Assembly (NCBI RefSeq): GCF_006345805.1 | Contig: NC_043000.1 | Location: 157,356,001 to 157,420,000 of the forward strand | Direction: 5' to 3' | Length of the DNA: 64,000 nucleotides | From: Octopus sinensis | Taxonomy: Eukaryota | Shown here: positions 38,941-52,260 of the stretch, one piece after another | How the letters are laid out: the number at the start of each line of letters is the position of its first letter | Numbering within the stretch: position 1 is the stretch's first letter | The notes under the pieces: generated by a model | Told to the model about the DNA's origin: nothing | What the model saw: only the letters and a program-made list of their open reading frames with translations | Databases searched by the model: none | Position numbers and translations under genes: made by a program

Positions 38941-39848
38941 AAAAAACATTGCGTGTGTAACATTGTATGTGTGTGAGCGTGTGAGTCTGGCTGTTTACCA
39001 TATCACTATTTGTGCTTATTATTTTATCAGAAATACAAAAGCAAAAATCAGTATTACACACATTCACACATGTACACACGTACAATGGTAGCTCCACTCC
39101 CGAGAAATACAAGTAATAATTTCATACGTAGGTACGTCACTCATACAAGAACAAGTCATAACACATGTTGACAACAATATGAACAAAAGATGTTGCTAAT
39201 GTTAATCCAAGAGCAGTTTTAATCAAGGAGATCTATGATCAAACTCGCTCAAAGAACGGTCCTCCAATCTTATTTTAGATTTAGTGTTATTTTCTGAAAA
39301 AAGAAGGACACCTGTACTGTGCCCGTTTTCTTAAAAGGTAATATGTGGTTTGAAGGAAATTTTTGCGCTATTTCTAGTAAATTGATTCTTGTAAGGTGTA
39401 GAGATAAACGCATTGTTTGCTATGGCTGGTAGGCTGAGCCTAGTGAGGCGTGATTTGGTGGAAATTTGCCATTTCTGACAAATCGATCATTGTAAGTTGT
39501 GGTTTGAGCAAAATTGTCTGCTATTTCTGCTATATTGAGCGACCACGTAGAGATTCTACTCATTGTCTCAGTGTCGATGCTGCTGATCTTGCTGTCGGCA
39601 TTGTTACAAAAATGGCTGTCTACTTCAGAATAATAGTGGTAGATCATCAATAATTGTTAGGTTTGTCATTTGATAGATCGAAAGAGGAAAACAAATGATT
39701 TATAAAGGGCCATTACTATAATGTAATGACCAGATGAGCTTAACAGTTATAGCAGCGTAATCTGTCTGTCTATCTATCTATCTATCTATCTATCTATCCA
39801 TCCATGCATCCACCCACCCAAGCCCATTCGTCCGTCTATCTGTCTGCA

Positions 39849-39913
<65 letters not shown>

Positions 39914-39919
39914 GATTGT

Positions 39920-39969
<50 letters not shown>

Positions 39970-40078
39970 GTCTATCAATCTGTCTGTCTGTCTCTGTCTG
40001 TCTGTCTCTGTCTGCCTGCCTACCTGACTGCCTGCCTGCCTGTCCGTCCGTCCGTCCGTCCGTCCGTCCGTCTGTCTA

Positions 40079-40165
<87 letters not shown>

Positions 40166-40617
40166 GTCTGTCTGTCTAATTGTTTGCTTGTATGTCAATG
40201 TCTGCTTCTTGCCTAAGCGTGCGTTAGTCAGTTTGTTTGCCTGCTTTCGTATTGATTATATTAATTAAATATTTAGTATTTATTCTTAACATTATATGAA
40301 AAACATTTGTTGAAATTTCATAGAGTATTGACTAAGTCTGATAAAACCGTATACGTCATTCATAATAACGCAGTGCTATTTAGCTTCGTTACAATACCTA
40401 CGAATCGTGCAAACAAAAACAAATATATTGATAAGAGTTTGAAATCGCTTTTAACTCTCTGCCTGTGAAATCGTAAATCTTCCAATCTTTCAAGGTAGCC
40501 GTCTTTGTGTCTCTTTCTATCTTACTATTTGGGAAACCTTAAATTACATTTTAATCAATCCCAGACTGATTTAATACGTACCAACGTGTGAGTGTTAACA
40601 ATACAATTTTATAATAA

Positions 40618-41007
40618 ACTAGCAGTATCACCCGGCGTTGCTCGGGTTTGTAAGGGAAATAACTATATAAGCACTTTAGCCAAAAAATAGCAAAAAAGTG
40701 CATTTAAAAATGGAAAAAAAATGATGGTAAATTTTTTTAAATCGTTGACTCATCGTAGACATTTTTAGAGAGTTACTTCCCTTATATAATAGCGAAAAAA
40801 TGCATTAAAATGGAAAAAATGATGGTAAATATTTTAAAAAATCGTAGACTCATCGTAGACGCGCGCTAATACCCAGAAGGGCTCGATATGAATCACGACT
40901 ATAAGATACCCGGTTTTGGTTAAACTGCACGGCAAAATGTGGGAGTAGTTAGGAATCTAAATGGTAGGAGACAGAAACCTCACAACTTTTCTTTTATATA
41001 TAAAGAT
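40618..41007 (+). mobile_element. Non-autonomous Helitron/Helentron-like element, copy 2
   Basis: Begins ACTAGcagtatcacccggcgttgctcgggtttgtaagggaaataactat (cccg/cggg hairpin), has an internal ~100-bp tandem duplication and ends ttttatatataaagat. Confidence 0.6.
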
Positions 41008-41493
41008 TATTCAGTTTTAATCCAGAGAAGAAGATGAGTAATTGTCGAAAACGCCAGGAAACGTTAAAAAAAGCAACAAAATAATTAAAAAGAAGTGAAA
41101 ATGAAATGAAATCTTATATTTAAATGGCAATTTCTGTCAGTCGATCTACCTGTTACCATCTTGCTGTCTACACCAGTGAACCAACCTTGACAAAACTGGA
41201 TGAACATCCAGTTCAATTAAAGGCTAATTGGATTTCAATAAAAATCTGCAAATCTAGGTGGTGGGATTATATTATTATTTGATAAAATGAGAAGGGTGCA
41301 AAGAATGTTAGTGTGAGGGAAATGTGGTGGCAAAGTGAGTGTGGCTGATACCAGGGAAGCGGAGAACAACCGTGTGTAAGTAACAGTTATGGAGTGGCAA
41401 TGGGATTTTAATATAGCTGTCATTCACAGATATACACGCGAGGCTGCATACATACTTTCTTAAATACATAGATTACATAGATACATAGATATA

Positions 41494-41905
41494 GGCGCAG
41501 GAGTGGCTGTGTGGTAAGTAGCTTGCTAACCAACCACATGGTTCCGGGTTCTGTCCCACTGCGTGGCGTCTTGGGCAAGTATCTTATGCTATAGCCCCGG
41601 GCCGACCAATGCCTTGTGAGTGGATTTGGTAGACGGAAACTGAAAGAAACCTGTCGTATATATGTATATATATGTATATGTGTGTGTGTGTGTGGGGGGG
41701 TTGTGTGTCTGTGTTTGTCCCCCTAGCATTGCTCGACAACCGATGCTGGTGTGTTTACGTCCCCGTCATTTAGCGGTTCGGCAAAATAGACCGATAGAAT
41801 AAGTACTGGGCTTACAAAGAATAAGTCCCGGGGTCGATCTGCTCGACTAAAGGCGGTGCTCCAGCATGGCCGCAGTCAAATGACTGAAACAAGTAAAAGA
41901 GTAAG
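41494..41905 (+). mobile_element. SINE family A, full length
   Basis: ggcgcaggagtggctgtgtggtaagtagcttgc...gggttctgtccc...aaatgactgaaacaagtaaaaga. Confidence 0.9.
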
Positions 41906-42075
41906 AGAGAGAGAATACAAGCATGCACACACATATGCACATACACATAACTAACTTTTAAAACTCCGAGGAAGATGTGAGAAATAAGTGAGGAGTATGT
42001 AGTTTTAAGGAAAGAGCGGTAAGTGGCTTTTCCGCTATCCATCGCAAAGAAACACTCACATACAGACACAGACAC

Positions 42076-42106
<31 letters not shown>

Positions 42107-42284
42107 TACACACACACACACACACATATATATATACATACATGCGTACATACATACATATGTCTACTATACACCCTTTTAAACTCGTGATTACCATGTA
42201 AAAGTATGAGTGTGTGTTTCAGTATGTGTGCTTGCATGTGTGTGTAAGAGCGCGCGTGTGTGTATGTATGTATGTGTGTGTGTA

Positions 42285-42318
<34 letters not shown>

Positions 42319-43518
42319 TGTGTGTGTGTATGTGTGAGTGTGTGTGTGTGACGTCCTATAACGGTATGTCTCTCTCTACTTTGGTATGGTCTTCCTTGTT
42401 GCTGTCACATATTGTGAAATTTTAAAATTACTTCAAAATTTTCAAATTTGGTATATTGAAATAATTTAAAGTTTACTCAGTTTTATCTAACCGGAAAATA
42501 GGATCTGGAAGCTGGCACTTTCTGCACGACAGCTGTCTATCACAAAATCATTACGAGGAGAAATTTGTTATTAAACAAACGAAAACAAAACATTACAACG
42601 GCCAAACTTGTAAGTACTTCTGAAGTTCTAAGTTTTAATGAATAAAGTCACGTGAAACGGCCGAACAGACTATGTAAATAATCTAAAAAGAAAAACAACC
42701 TCAACGAAGTTGTTTGCTAAAAATTGCACAAGTCTGTCCAGATCAAGATGCGTGTCTGTTGGGGAAGGCATGGTCTGACATAGAATAAACAAAAATTTGT
42801 ATAAGACATTCAATTGTAAAAACTGCCCGGCAACGACGGGGTATTCAGCAAGTAGCTATTAAATAAATTGGCATAAAAAAATAGATTGAAATATTTTATT
42901 TGAGAAAGAGCAATCGACAGGCGCACTATAGCAATCTATATACATATTTTTGGGCCAGTTTGTAGGCCTGAAACGCGTTTCTGCTTCAAAACGTTTCTAT
43001 TAATGTCTAGTATACAACGAAGAGCAAAACACATGAAAATTATTGCTGTATTGGTGCTGCAGGGTCTCTGAGGCCAAACCGGCCAATCCCCATCTTCATG
43101 GTCATTAGCCATGCAGTTAGAAGTATCTATGAAACTTGAATTTTTTCTTTAGGAGAAATTAATTCAAATGCCTACACATAAACAGCAACTCATTGTTTGT
43201 GTTTAACTTCAAGAAGCCCTGTAAAATGTTATACTACATATTCAAACATAAATTGCATCACTTTGATACATCGGGATATGAAGTTGTACTTCATTGGAAT
43301 GTTCCAGAGTCTTGTATAATGTTATTCATTTCACATTCCTTCAGTTTTCAGATGTATTGGGAGAGGGAAGGATCTAAAAATTGAGCGTACTATGAATGTT
43401 TGAGTTTAAATGTGCTCCTCAACTCCTATATATTTTCTTCGGTATCTTTTACGAATGCTAGTTTTACTATAAGCACAAGCCTGTTTTGAGGAAATGCTAT
43501 ATTTAGTAATGTTTTAGT

Positions 43519-43770
43519 GGAGGCGCGTGGCTTAGTGGTTAGGGTGTCAGCGTCATGATCGTAAGATTGTGGTTTCGATTCCTGGACCGGGCGACGCGTT
43601 GTGTTCTTGAGCAAAACACTTCATTTCATGTTGCTGCAGTCCACTCAGCTGGCAAAAATGAGTAACGCTGCGGTGGACTGGCGTCCCGTCCAGCTGGGGA
43701 ATACATACATCATTGAAACTGGGAAACCGGGCCCATGAGCCTGGCTAGGTTTTAAAAGGGCGCATTTATT
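43519..43770 (+). mobile_element. tRNA-derived CORE-like SINE family B
   Basis: Head ggaggcgcgtggcttagtggttagg..ggtttcgattcc, body ttgagcaaaacacttcatttc..cactcagctg, tail gggcccatgagcctggctagg..gggcgcatttatt. Confidence 0.88.
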
Positions 43771-43979
43771 TTTTATCTTAGTAATGTTTTAAGAGGATGC
43801 GCTTAAGTGTTTACGTTTCTACGACATTGGTTCTGCTTACGTATTTTGGATATATCTTCCAAGCAACTGTAGTTAACTTTAATATTATTCTTAATGAAGA
43901 ACTGAGGATATTTATGCGATGCAGGGAAATGTTTTTGTCTCCAGGGTTGATAATTATTAGTTATATAGTATGTTGCAAT

Positions 43980-44310
43980 CAGGGCAAAGGGTAAAGCTCC
44001 TCTCGGTCATGAATGACCATGGGATTGCACCTAGAAAATGCTCCCCTGAGGTACAAATCCGGGAAAAATTGTTTATGGAAAACCAGCACCCGCCTATGCA
44101 TACCAGCCTCCCCTCTCAAAACTACAAATGTTGCCCAAAAGAAAGGCAAAGGCCGATACAGCTTGGCACCAATGACGTGGCAACTCATTTCTACAGCTGA
44201 GTGGACTGGGGCAACGTGAAATAAAGTGTCTTGCTCAAGAACACAACACACAACCCGGTACGTGAATCGAACTCACTACCTTATGATTGTGAGCCCAAAG
44301 CTCTAAACAT
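43980..44310 (-). mobile_element. SINE family D, more diverged copy
   Basis: Collinear with 56478-56815 (cggtcatgaatgaccatgggattgcacctagaaa...gatacagcttggcacca). Confidence 0.85.
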
Positions 44311-45179
44311 GCGTACCCGCACGCATACATATACACACATTTGTGTGTGTAAATATTTACACTCACACTCATACATAAAATGCATATTCAACTAGATGTA
44401 TAACCCATCATCACCACTTGACTTCTCAATCATCTTGTATTTTACAATGCATTTTGCTCTTACCGCAGTTCTGAGTAAATGTTCCCTTTGTTTTCTTAAA
44501 CTTACTCAAACTAAACTTACTTAACACACACACACACACACACAACACACACACACACACATACATTTACACACACATATATGAGCAATACAACTGCAAA
44601 GTACTAGAAAAAAATCTCATCAGCTGGATGCATGCCAAAGTAGGTAAGAAAAAAAAACTCATATATGCCATAGGATCTTTTTATAAATCATATTTATATA
44701 TGAACTCCATCAGCATCAGTTCAAACTATTCTATAGTTTACATACATATAATATATGGAGTTCGAAAAACAAAGGAAGCAATAGAAAACTTGAATGCAAC
44801 ACCATTCTTAGCAACGACCCTTAAAGTTACAACTCCTCTGTTATTTTTGCGTGTATCGTATGCAAAAGTTGTAATATCTGTTTTATGCTAGTAATGTATT
44901 AAACAAGGAAGATATTAAGAAAGCAGTGTTATTGCATTGTTGGCAGAGTAATATGTCGTAACAACACATATAAATTTAGTGTATATGTAGGTAACGACAG
45001 AAAGCAGTAATAAAACTGAGTGACGTATGTCGGCAAACATGTTTGGCTGTTACATAAAGCAGGTTCTGGAATGTTTTCTTGCTAATGCAGCTTAATACAA
45101 TTATCTCAGTGTGACATAAAAAAATATACGGAAATGACAATGAAATGAAATATTAGGAAATTACCAGATATGCTGGCAG

Positions 45180-45233
45180 CAGTGAGTAGTAGTAGTAGTA
45201 GTAATAGTAGTAGTAGTATTATTAGTGATGATG

Positions 45234-45272
<39 letters not shown>

Positions 45273-45520
45273 GTAGTAGTAGTAGTAGTAGTAGTAGTTG
45301 AAGTGGTAGTGTTATAGTAGTGGTAGTGATACATCGGTTACGCCGGTTCTTGTCGGCGTTATAGGATGAAGTGTAGACACTGGTCAACGTTGTCATCATC
45401 ATCGTCATTGTCCACGTCGTCGTCGTCATCATCATCATCATCATCATTATCCTACCACGAAATCAGCCACAACTGCAGCAACAGCAACAACAACAACAAC
45501 AACAACAACAATCACAACTA
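45180..45520. repeat. Compound trinucleotide array (AGT)n(ATT)n(AGT)n...(CGT)n(CAT)n(CAA)n
   Basis: Seen directly. Confidence 0.9.
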
Positions 45521-46406
45521 CTACTAAACTTGTAAATTCAAAGAAAAAACATTTGCAATGCTGTAGGAAACAAACATTAATACATCATTATCTTTACTTT
45601 CATTATTGCCATTATTATTTTCATCATTATTAAGCATCAATATTTATTACTATAAAAGAAATCACCATAGTTATTATCATTATCCTCATTGTCCATTCTG
45701 TAGATTGTCCCACCGGCTTCCTTTGACCGAGAAGAGCAGACAGTTTTTGTCTGTCTAATGACCTTCGCTTTAGCTGTCTAATAACCTTAGAAAGTGCTTA
45801 AGTTGTGGGACGAGAAACATAGAGTGATCAGAGACATCGTCCTCAACGGCCGAGCCTTCATCAACTTTTGAAGTTTTACTTGAAAAGGCAAATATGGATG
45901 GAGAGGTATGTACTACCTCCCAGCAAATTTGTTGAAGGGAGAATGAAAGTTGTTAGTGGTCAGTACAGCTCTGCGGTCTACAGCAGACGCGGTGTTCGAA
46001 AGCCGCAGCCGATGATACAACTTTTCTTCCGACTTGTACTTCACATGCCCCCACACAGGAACACTCACCCTCACTCGAACACAGAAACTCAAACAGACAC
46101 AAACATGTACGTTCTTCCTACAAACAAGGGAGTTTCTACGTAGTCTAGCGAACTTTTAGAAATAAGAGCTAAATATATCCTATCGGCTTTAATGAAAAAA
46201 GAGTAACATTAGATAATGTAATTACAGATGCCACTAAAAGGCGGGATGGTCACAGCTGAAACGCCTTTGAATTGTAGGTCTGTTTGATCAACGTTGATCA
46301 GAGATAAAAAAAAGAACCACAACAAGTATACTTGAATCTAACTATATTTTATCTGTCGGTTAAATAAAGTAAATATCTCTCATCTAATGTTTGGTAGATT
46401 CGTTAT

Positions 46407-46443
<37 letters not shown>

Positions 46444-48959
46444 CTTATATAATTGGTGGTTATTTGTCAATGTCGGAAATCAATATTTGAATAAATCTGC
46501 ATTTCATTAATCCGAGAGTCAAGAACATAAATACCCGCCATGTAACGTGGCCGAGTCAATGGGTTAATTCCCTATGATCCCCCTCCTACACTGCACATTG
46601 GTGACGGTGATTCAATATTTAAAAAAAAAATCAATAATTGAATACATATGTAGTTCATCCTCTAACAACAGAAAGGACATAATTAATAATAGAACATTAG
46701 ATATAAGGCGACAGCTTGGCTGGCTCATTACAATATTCAGATAAAATGAATGCTGTACTAGTAATAGTTCTCTGTGCTCTAAGTTCAAATCTCGCTGTAG
46801 TCAATCTTGCCTTTAACCCTTCTAAGACGATAAATACTGTACACGTCAAACATTGTCATAAAATCGGCTTCTTTCGACATAGAACCGTCTTTCAGTCGCA
46901 AAGTCTTTCTCCAGAAAAATAACGATGGCAACAACCTCTATATTTGTACATGTCTGTCTATGGCCATGAAACTTACTAGTGATATTATAGGCCTAGTCGA
47001 TTCACTATGGTCTTCCTTCAATTCAGTCTGCTTTCCTTTCTATTCATTGTGCTACCCCCTCAATTGCTCATCCTCTTTTCATTTCTCTATACGTTACCTT
47101 CAATTCACAATGCCCTCCTTTCAACCCATCATGCTCTCATTGCATCATGATATCCCTGCAATTCCCTATGATCTTTCTTTGATACAGTCGGTGGTTTCTC
47201 CATTCCTCATGCTCCCAACTTGCAACACATCATGCTTCTTCTTCAATATCATACTCTCTGCTTCTAATTCACATTACTCTCTCTTCAATTCACAAGTACT
47301 CACTCATGCTCTTTTCAATTCACAATTCCCTTCAGGTCCCTCTCCTTTCAAGTCACCATGCTCAACCTTGTTGGCTTTTGCCAAAATGACACGTATATAT
47401 GAAACTATATCTGCATCTCAACCTCTTCAAAAAAAAAATGAGGTTGCATTAGATAATGGAATTGTAGATACACTGTCTGAAATAAGACAAGTTGGTCATG
47501 TGTGGGATCAGTTTCATGTTTATCAAGCTCAATTGAATCTGAATATGAGATTAAACAATAACAATTATATTGGAATAAATATGCATTTCATCCCCACAGG
47601 GATAAATAAAATAAGTTACTATCATCTTATTATATCGGATCAATTTACAGTTTTCCATTCACACTAAATAAATTCTTGCCTCGTGCTAATGTTGTATATA
47701 CATATACATACGTGCCCAGAAATGAACACATATACATGGCTTATATGCGTGTTTATATATATATATATATACACACACACACATACATATAAGAGACCAA
47801 AGTGTACGTATATGTATATATATATATATATATCTGTTAATTTTATATGAATGAAAGGGGAAAATAAGGACTGACTACGACTATAGATTAATGTTGAACA
47901 AGAACGTCATCCAGTATATATCTCGTAGTATTAAAGATTCGTTGATATCTTGCATTTTAAAGACTTTGAGATAAACACCTGTGGAGTGTGGCAACAGATT
48001 TAATTCATTTTCAGCAGAGAGCATTCGAATAATGTGAAAAGAATTGTCTTTCTAAGAATACTGTGAGTCTACTGATTCTGAAATCGAACCCACTACCGTA
48101 CGTTCATGAACCCAATATTCTAACCATTAATGTGCGTATATATAGTATATTAAAGTGTGGTGTAATCAAGTCTCTATGATCCTTGAGCAATCCCCACTAT
48201 GAGTTAAGTTGCTTCTCGTTTTTCTATTCGCCGATAGTAATTTTTATCAACAATAACTCACGCCTACAAACAATTGGTTTTGTACCTATGTAAATATCGA
48301 TTTCTAACACATGAACCAGACCAAGATATTTTGGGGTTTAGGGTTATAGACTATTATATAAATCACAGTACTTAACTGTTATTTATTTTATCGACCTCCA
48401 AAGTATGAAAGATGAAAGCAAAGTCGAATCGTGACAAGATTTTAATCCACATCATAAAAGGACATAAAGAAATATTGCAAAGAATTTAAAACATTTAAGT
48501 CGTCGCTCTATCGGTTCTTTCATTCACCTCCCTTACTATTAACATATATCAAAGAAACCTATTTATAAAATCTGGTTGATTCTATTTAAAGAGCCGTTCA
48601 GTTCTGGTCGTTGCTGGTTAAATATGGTTCATAAACGACATTGAAACACATCATAAATATGCCCTCGTCAACAATGTTCGTAATATAGATAGGCTGTAAA
48701 AACAACGGGAAAGTAGCTCCGAGCCTTCGATTTAAGTCTATTAAATGGTTGGTAGTCTTTCTATTCATCGGTTTATTAAATGGCTGATAGTTTTGCTTCT
48801 CATAACTTTCTGCTTTCACCTATGGAGGAATTTAATAATACTTATGAAAGGTTATCAATTTAGAATATGAGTTTATGCTCTCATTTTTTTGTTTATCGAG
48901 TAAATATCCGAACCTTGAAGTGGTACGGATGAGTGACTGAAAACTGAATAAAGGAGAAG

Positions 48960-49041
<82 letters not shown>

Positions 49042-49501
49042 GTAGCTAGCTATATAAAGAAAGGGAGTAAGAGAGAGGGAGAGGGAATGAAAGAGAAGAG
49101 TTAAAGGGGTGGGAAAGAGAGGTGGAAAGGTAAAAGAGGGACATAACGATAGATAGATAGAGAGAGAGAGACAGAACGATAGATAGATAGATAGAGAGAG
49201 AAAGGTGTATTCGGAAAAAAGAACGTGGAAGTAAAAGAAAAAAATCCATGAAGTGTTTCAGTTGTTTGTGCGTATGAGCGTATGTTTGCATGAATGTATG
49301 GGGTTTATTCTTATGAATGTATGTACGTACGTATGCATATACATTTATACAATCATGAATGTATGCATGTCACTGTAAGGAGATTTTTTTCCAGACAAAG
49401 TTTTCTATATAGCTGTTGTTTTCTGAACCGTACCTCTCGACAATCGCTTATGGGATCTGCCATGGTATCGTTTAGCCAATAGCGTACAAAAGATAACTTA
49501 C

Positions 49502-49628
49502 CTACCACACAGAAGGGCCTCCTGGCGAACTTGATCCTCCCCATCCATCCTTGATATCTCGATCGACACCCGGCAGACCAAATTCGGAGCAGATACTCCA
49601 GTGTGAACCACACAACCATGACGACTTC
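49502..49628 (-). CDS. KCNQ: Internal exon of a KCNQ (Kv7) voltage-gated K+ channel
   Basis: Translates as [42 protein letters not shown]+G, matching the KCNQ signature W(S/A)AGC..RY.G..GR..FAR.P. Acceptor ttttatatttttcAG ends at 49629 and donor GTAAGT starts at 49501. Length 127 nt, phase 0 to 1, the same as human KCNQ1/KCNQ2 exon 3 as I recall it. Confidence 0.96.
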
Positions 49629-50683
49629 CTGAAAAATATAAAATGAAAATAGCTTTTAGTAAGGTTTCCCTAGGCTGTATTTAAGGTTAGTTTCGTAGTC
49701 CGTCGATTCACTTTACTTTCCACCTAAGCCCGAACAGTTACAGAGTCAAAACTCGCCCTTAGAATTCTTCATCGACCATCTAGAAGACACTGCATAAAAC
49801 ATCGCAGACTGTATCCATAAGAAAACATTTCGGTAGACTGATTGGGACGAACTTAGTAACGCACTTCAACATGAACCTACATAAGTATCGTATATTCACT
49901 CTATCATTTCTATCCCTACTACAGTTCGGTCTATTAAAGCCCGTTACGCTTATGTCACTTCTGTCCAAACATTTCTGACACTCGTCTCTTCTATTTTTGC
50001 CCATTTTGTGCCTCTCCACAAAACTATCGTGTTAAATTCTTGTCGTATACGCTTGCACGATACACATACCATTCTTTAATGCAGTTATCATTTCAGTTTC
50101 ATAAAAGGTAGCTCCATATTTTCAAAAAGTAGCGAATTGTGTTTCAAAATATAGTAATTCAAAATTTTGCAAATAAAAAGAACACTTTTTCAATATTTTA
50201 AATTCCTCCCCACACCCAAATTTTTAACTTTTTCGAAATTTTGTTTTTCAATCTTCGTGGGAATTACGGAGATTATGAATATGGGTGGGGGACAAATTCT
50301 AATTTCAGAATTGATCCACAACCCATCTTGCTGTCTAAAAGTAAAAATGAATGGCTGTTTTGTCCGTTTCCGCATGCTTAGATTTATAGTAAAAGAGCAA
50401 AAGGACCACGGCTTGTGAAGCCCTCACAACGAAACTTGATATGCTAAAAATAACAGCTAAAAGTCCTGAGAATTTTTGTGGTTGTGGGTACATTTATGGA
50501 AATGAACTTGCACAATGTTACACCTCTGGACTTTTTTTCATTGTGATAATGAATCAAGGGGTTTAATCGTTACCCGCCAAAATTAATTTCCCCTGCATTT
50601 TCTCTCTTTTCAAAGTTCAATTAAAAGAGAGAGTATATTGTTACCAATACCGTTGAAACTTTAGTAACTTGAATGATCTATCA

Positions 50684-50730
50684 TTGAACCAGTTCTTAAA
50701 AGTCTGGTGCTCTACCGACTGAGCTATGGC
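50684..50730 (-). pseudogene. tRNA-Lys(UUU)-derived fragment
   Basis: Minus strand ATAGCTCAGTCGGTAGAGCAcCAGACTTTTAA..GGTTCAA matches the D arm and anticodon arm of eukaryotic tRNA-Lys(TTT). Variable region shortened, no acceptor stem. Confidence 0.7.
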
Positions 50731-52181
50731 ACATGGATACACATGGATGAAGTCCATTTTGGAAGTATGTTAAAGTTTTATTATTTTGGAATGAAGAGCA
50801 CACACATAGTTGCTGAGCCAGTGACTAAACTTGTAGTATTTTGTTGGGATTAATTCAATGAATTGACAGTAAAATAATAACTTCTATCAGAATCGTTTAC
50901 CTTTCAAGCGAAAAAATAAAACCGACGCATACGACAGATATGTCAAATATATTTTGTGTATTTCTTTCTCTGTTCATTCGTATATGCTGTAGAAATTGTT
51001 GCGCGCACGCACGCACAACCACAAAAACTTTTCCGGACATATGTATATATGTATATATTGTGTGGGTATTTGTATATCTGTGCGCATGTGTGAGTGTGTG
51101 TCCGGGTATGTGTGTTTCGGTGTGTGTGTGAGAGTATGTGTGTCTGTATGCAAGTGTCTATGTGTGTGGGTCCGTGTGTGTGTTTCTGTGTGTGCCTGCA
51201 TCCCACCGGAGTACATATACGTGTGTGTTTCTGTTTATGTGCATTTTTGAGTGGTTATATGCACAAAGGTATATCTCCCTCTTTGTCTATGTATGCATAT
51301 ACGTCTGTGTATGGGTTTGCACGTTTTTGCATGTAGACCTATAGGTCTATGTGTGTGTATATATATATAAGTATATATATATATACAGTTGAAAATTCCT
51401 GTCACAACCTGAGACCTTGAAGGCTGCTTAAATTCAAGAAAGTACACTAGTCCCTTAATATTTGATATTCAATATTTCATCTATTCAATAAGACAATCAA
51501 TACTTCATTACATTTTACTATATATACTATATATTCTATATATTCTATATCCTACATTAATATTATAAAGAATATAAATAAAACATAAAAAACAGACAGA
51601 GTTGGAATTCCTTTGAATAATATATAAATATATATATGTGTGTGTGTATAAATACATACATACATATCATATAAATAATATATATATATTGGTGTGTGCA
51701 TGTGTTTGTATATTTCTTTATGTATACATGTGTATACGTGTGTTTATTTATATCTGTGTGTATGTGTATATGTGTTTATATATGTACGTGTATGTGTGTG
51801 TGTATGTATATCTGTGTGTATGCGTAGGTACATATATGTATATGTATGTGTGTATTTATATATGCACAAACATGAAACTACTTGTGGTATTAATCTTCCT
51901 TTCTCCTTCTGCTTCCTTTTCTCTCTAAGCAGTTATGACAGCGAAAGCTGATTGGGTCATTTTGTCTATACTGGAACGCATGATTTCTCCGTTCATATTC
52001 GAAGTTTTTTGCGTTCCTATATTATTTACTTTTATTCATTCCCGAATTCGATGGGCATATAACAATAAGCAAGCTGACACTAAAAATCTCTAGTGAAACT
52101 TCTTCATCAATGTACCTGAACAGACCCAGACTGCTGAGTCGGAAGATATTTTGTACTAATAACAGTCTAATACGAAATCCA

Positions 52182-52260
<79 letters not shown>

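Noticed and set aside
39420-39653. Overlapping ORFs of 67-76 aa with ordinary composition
   Set aside because: No recognisable homology or convincing splice signals.
46960-47667. 235-aa ORF as a host gene
   Set aside because: Low-complexity composition from a degenerate repeat and no recognisable domain.
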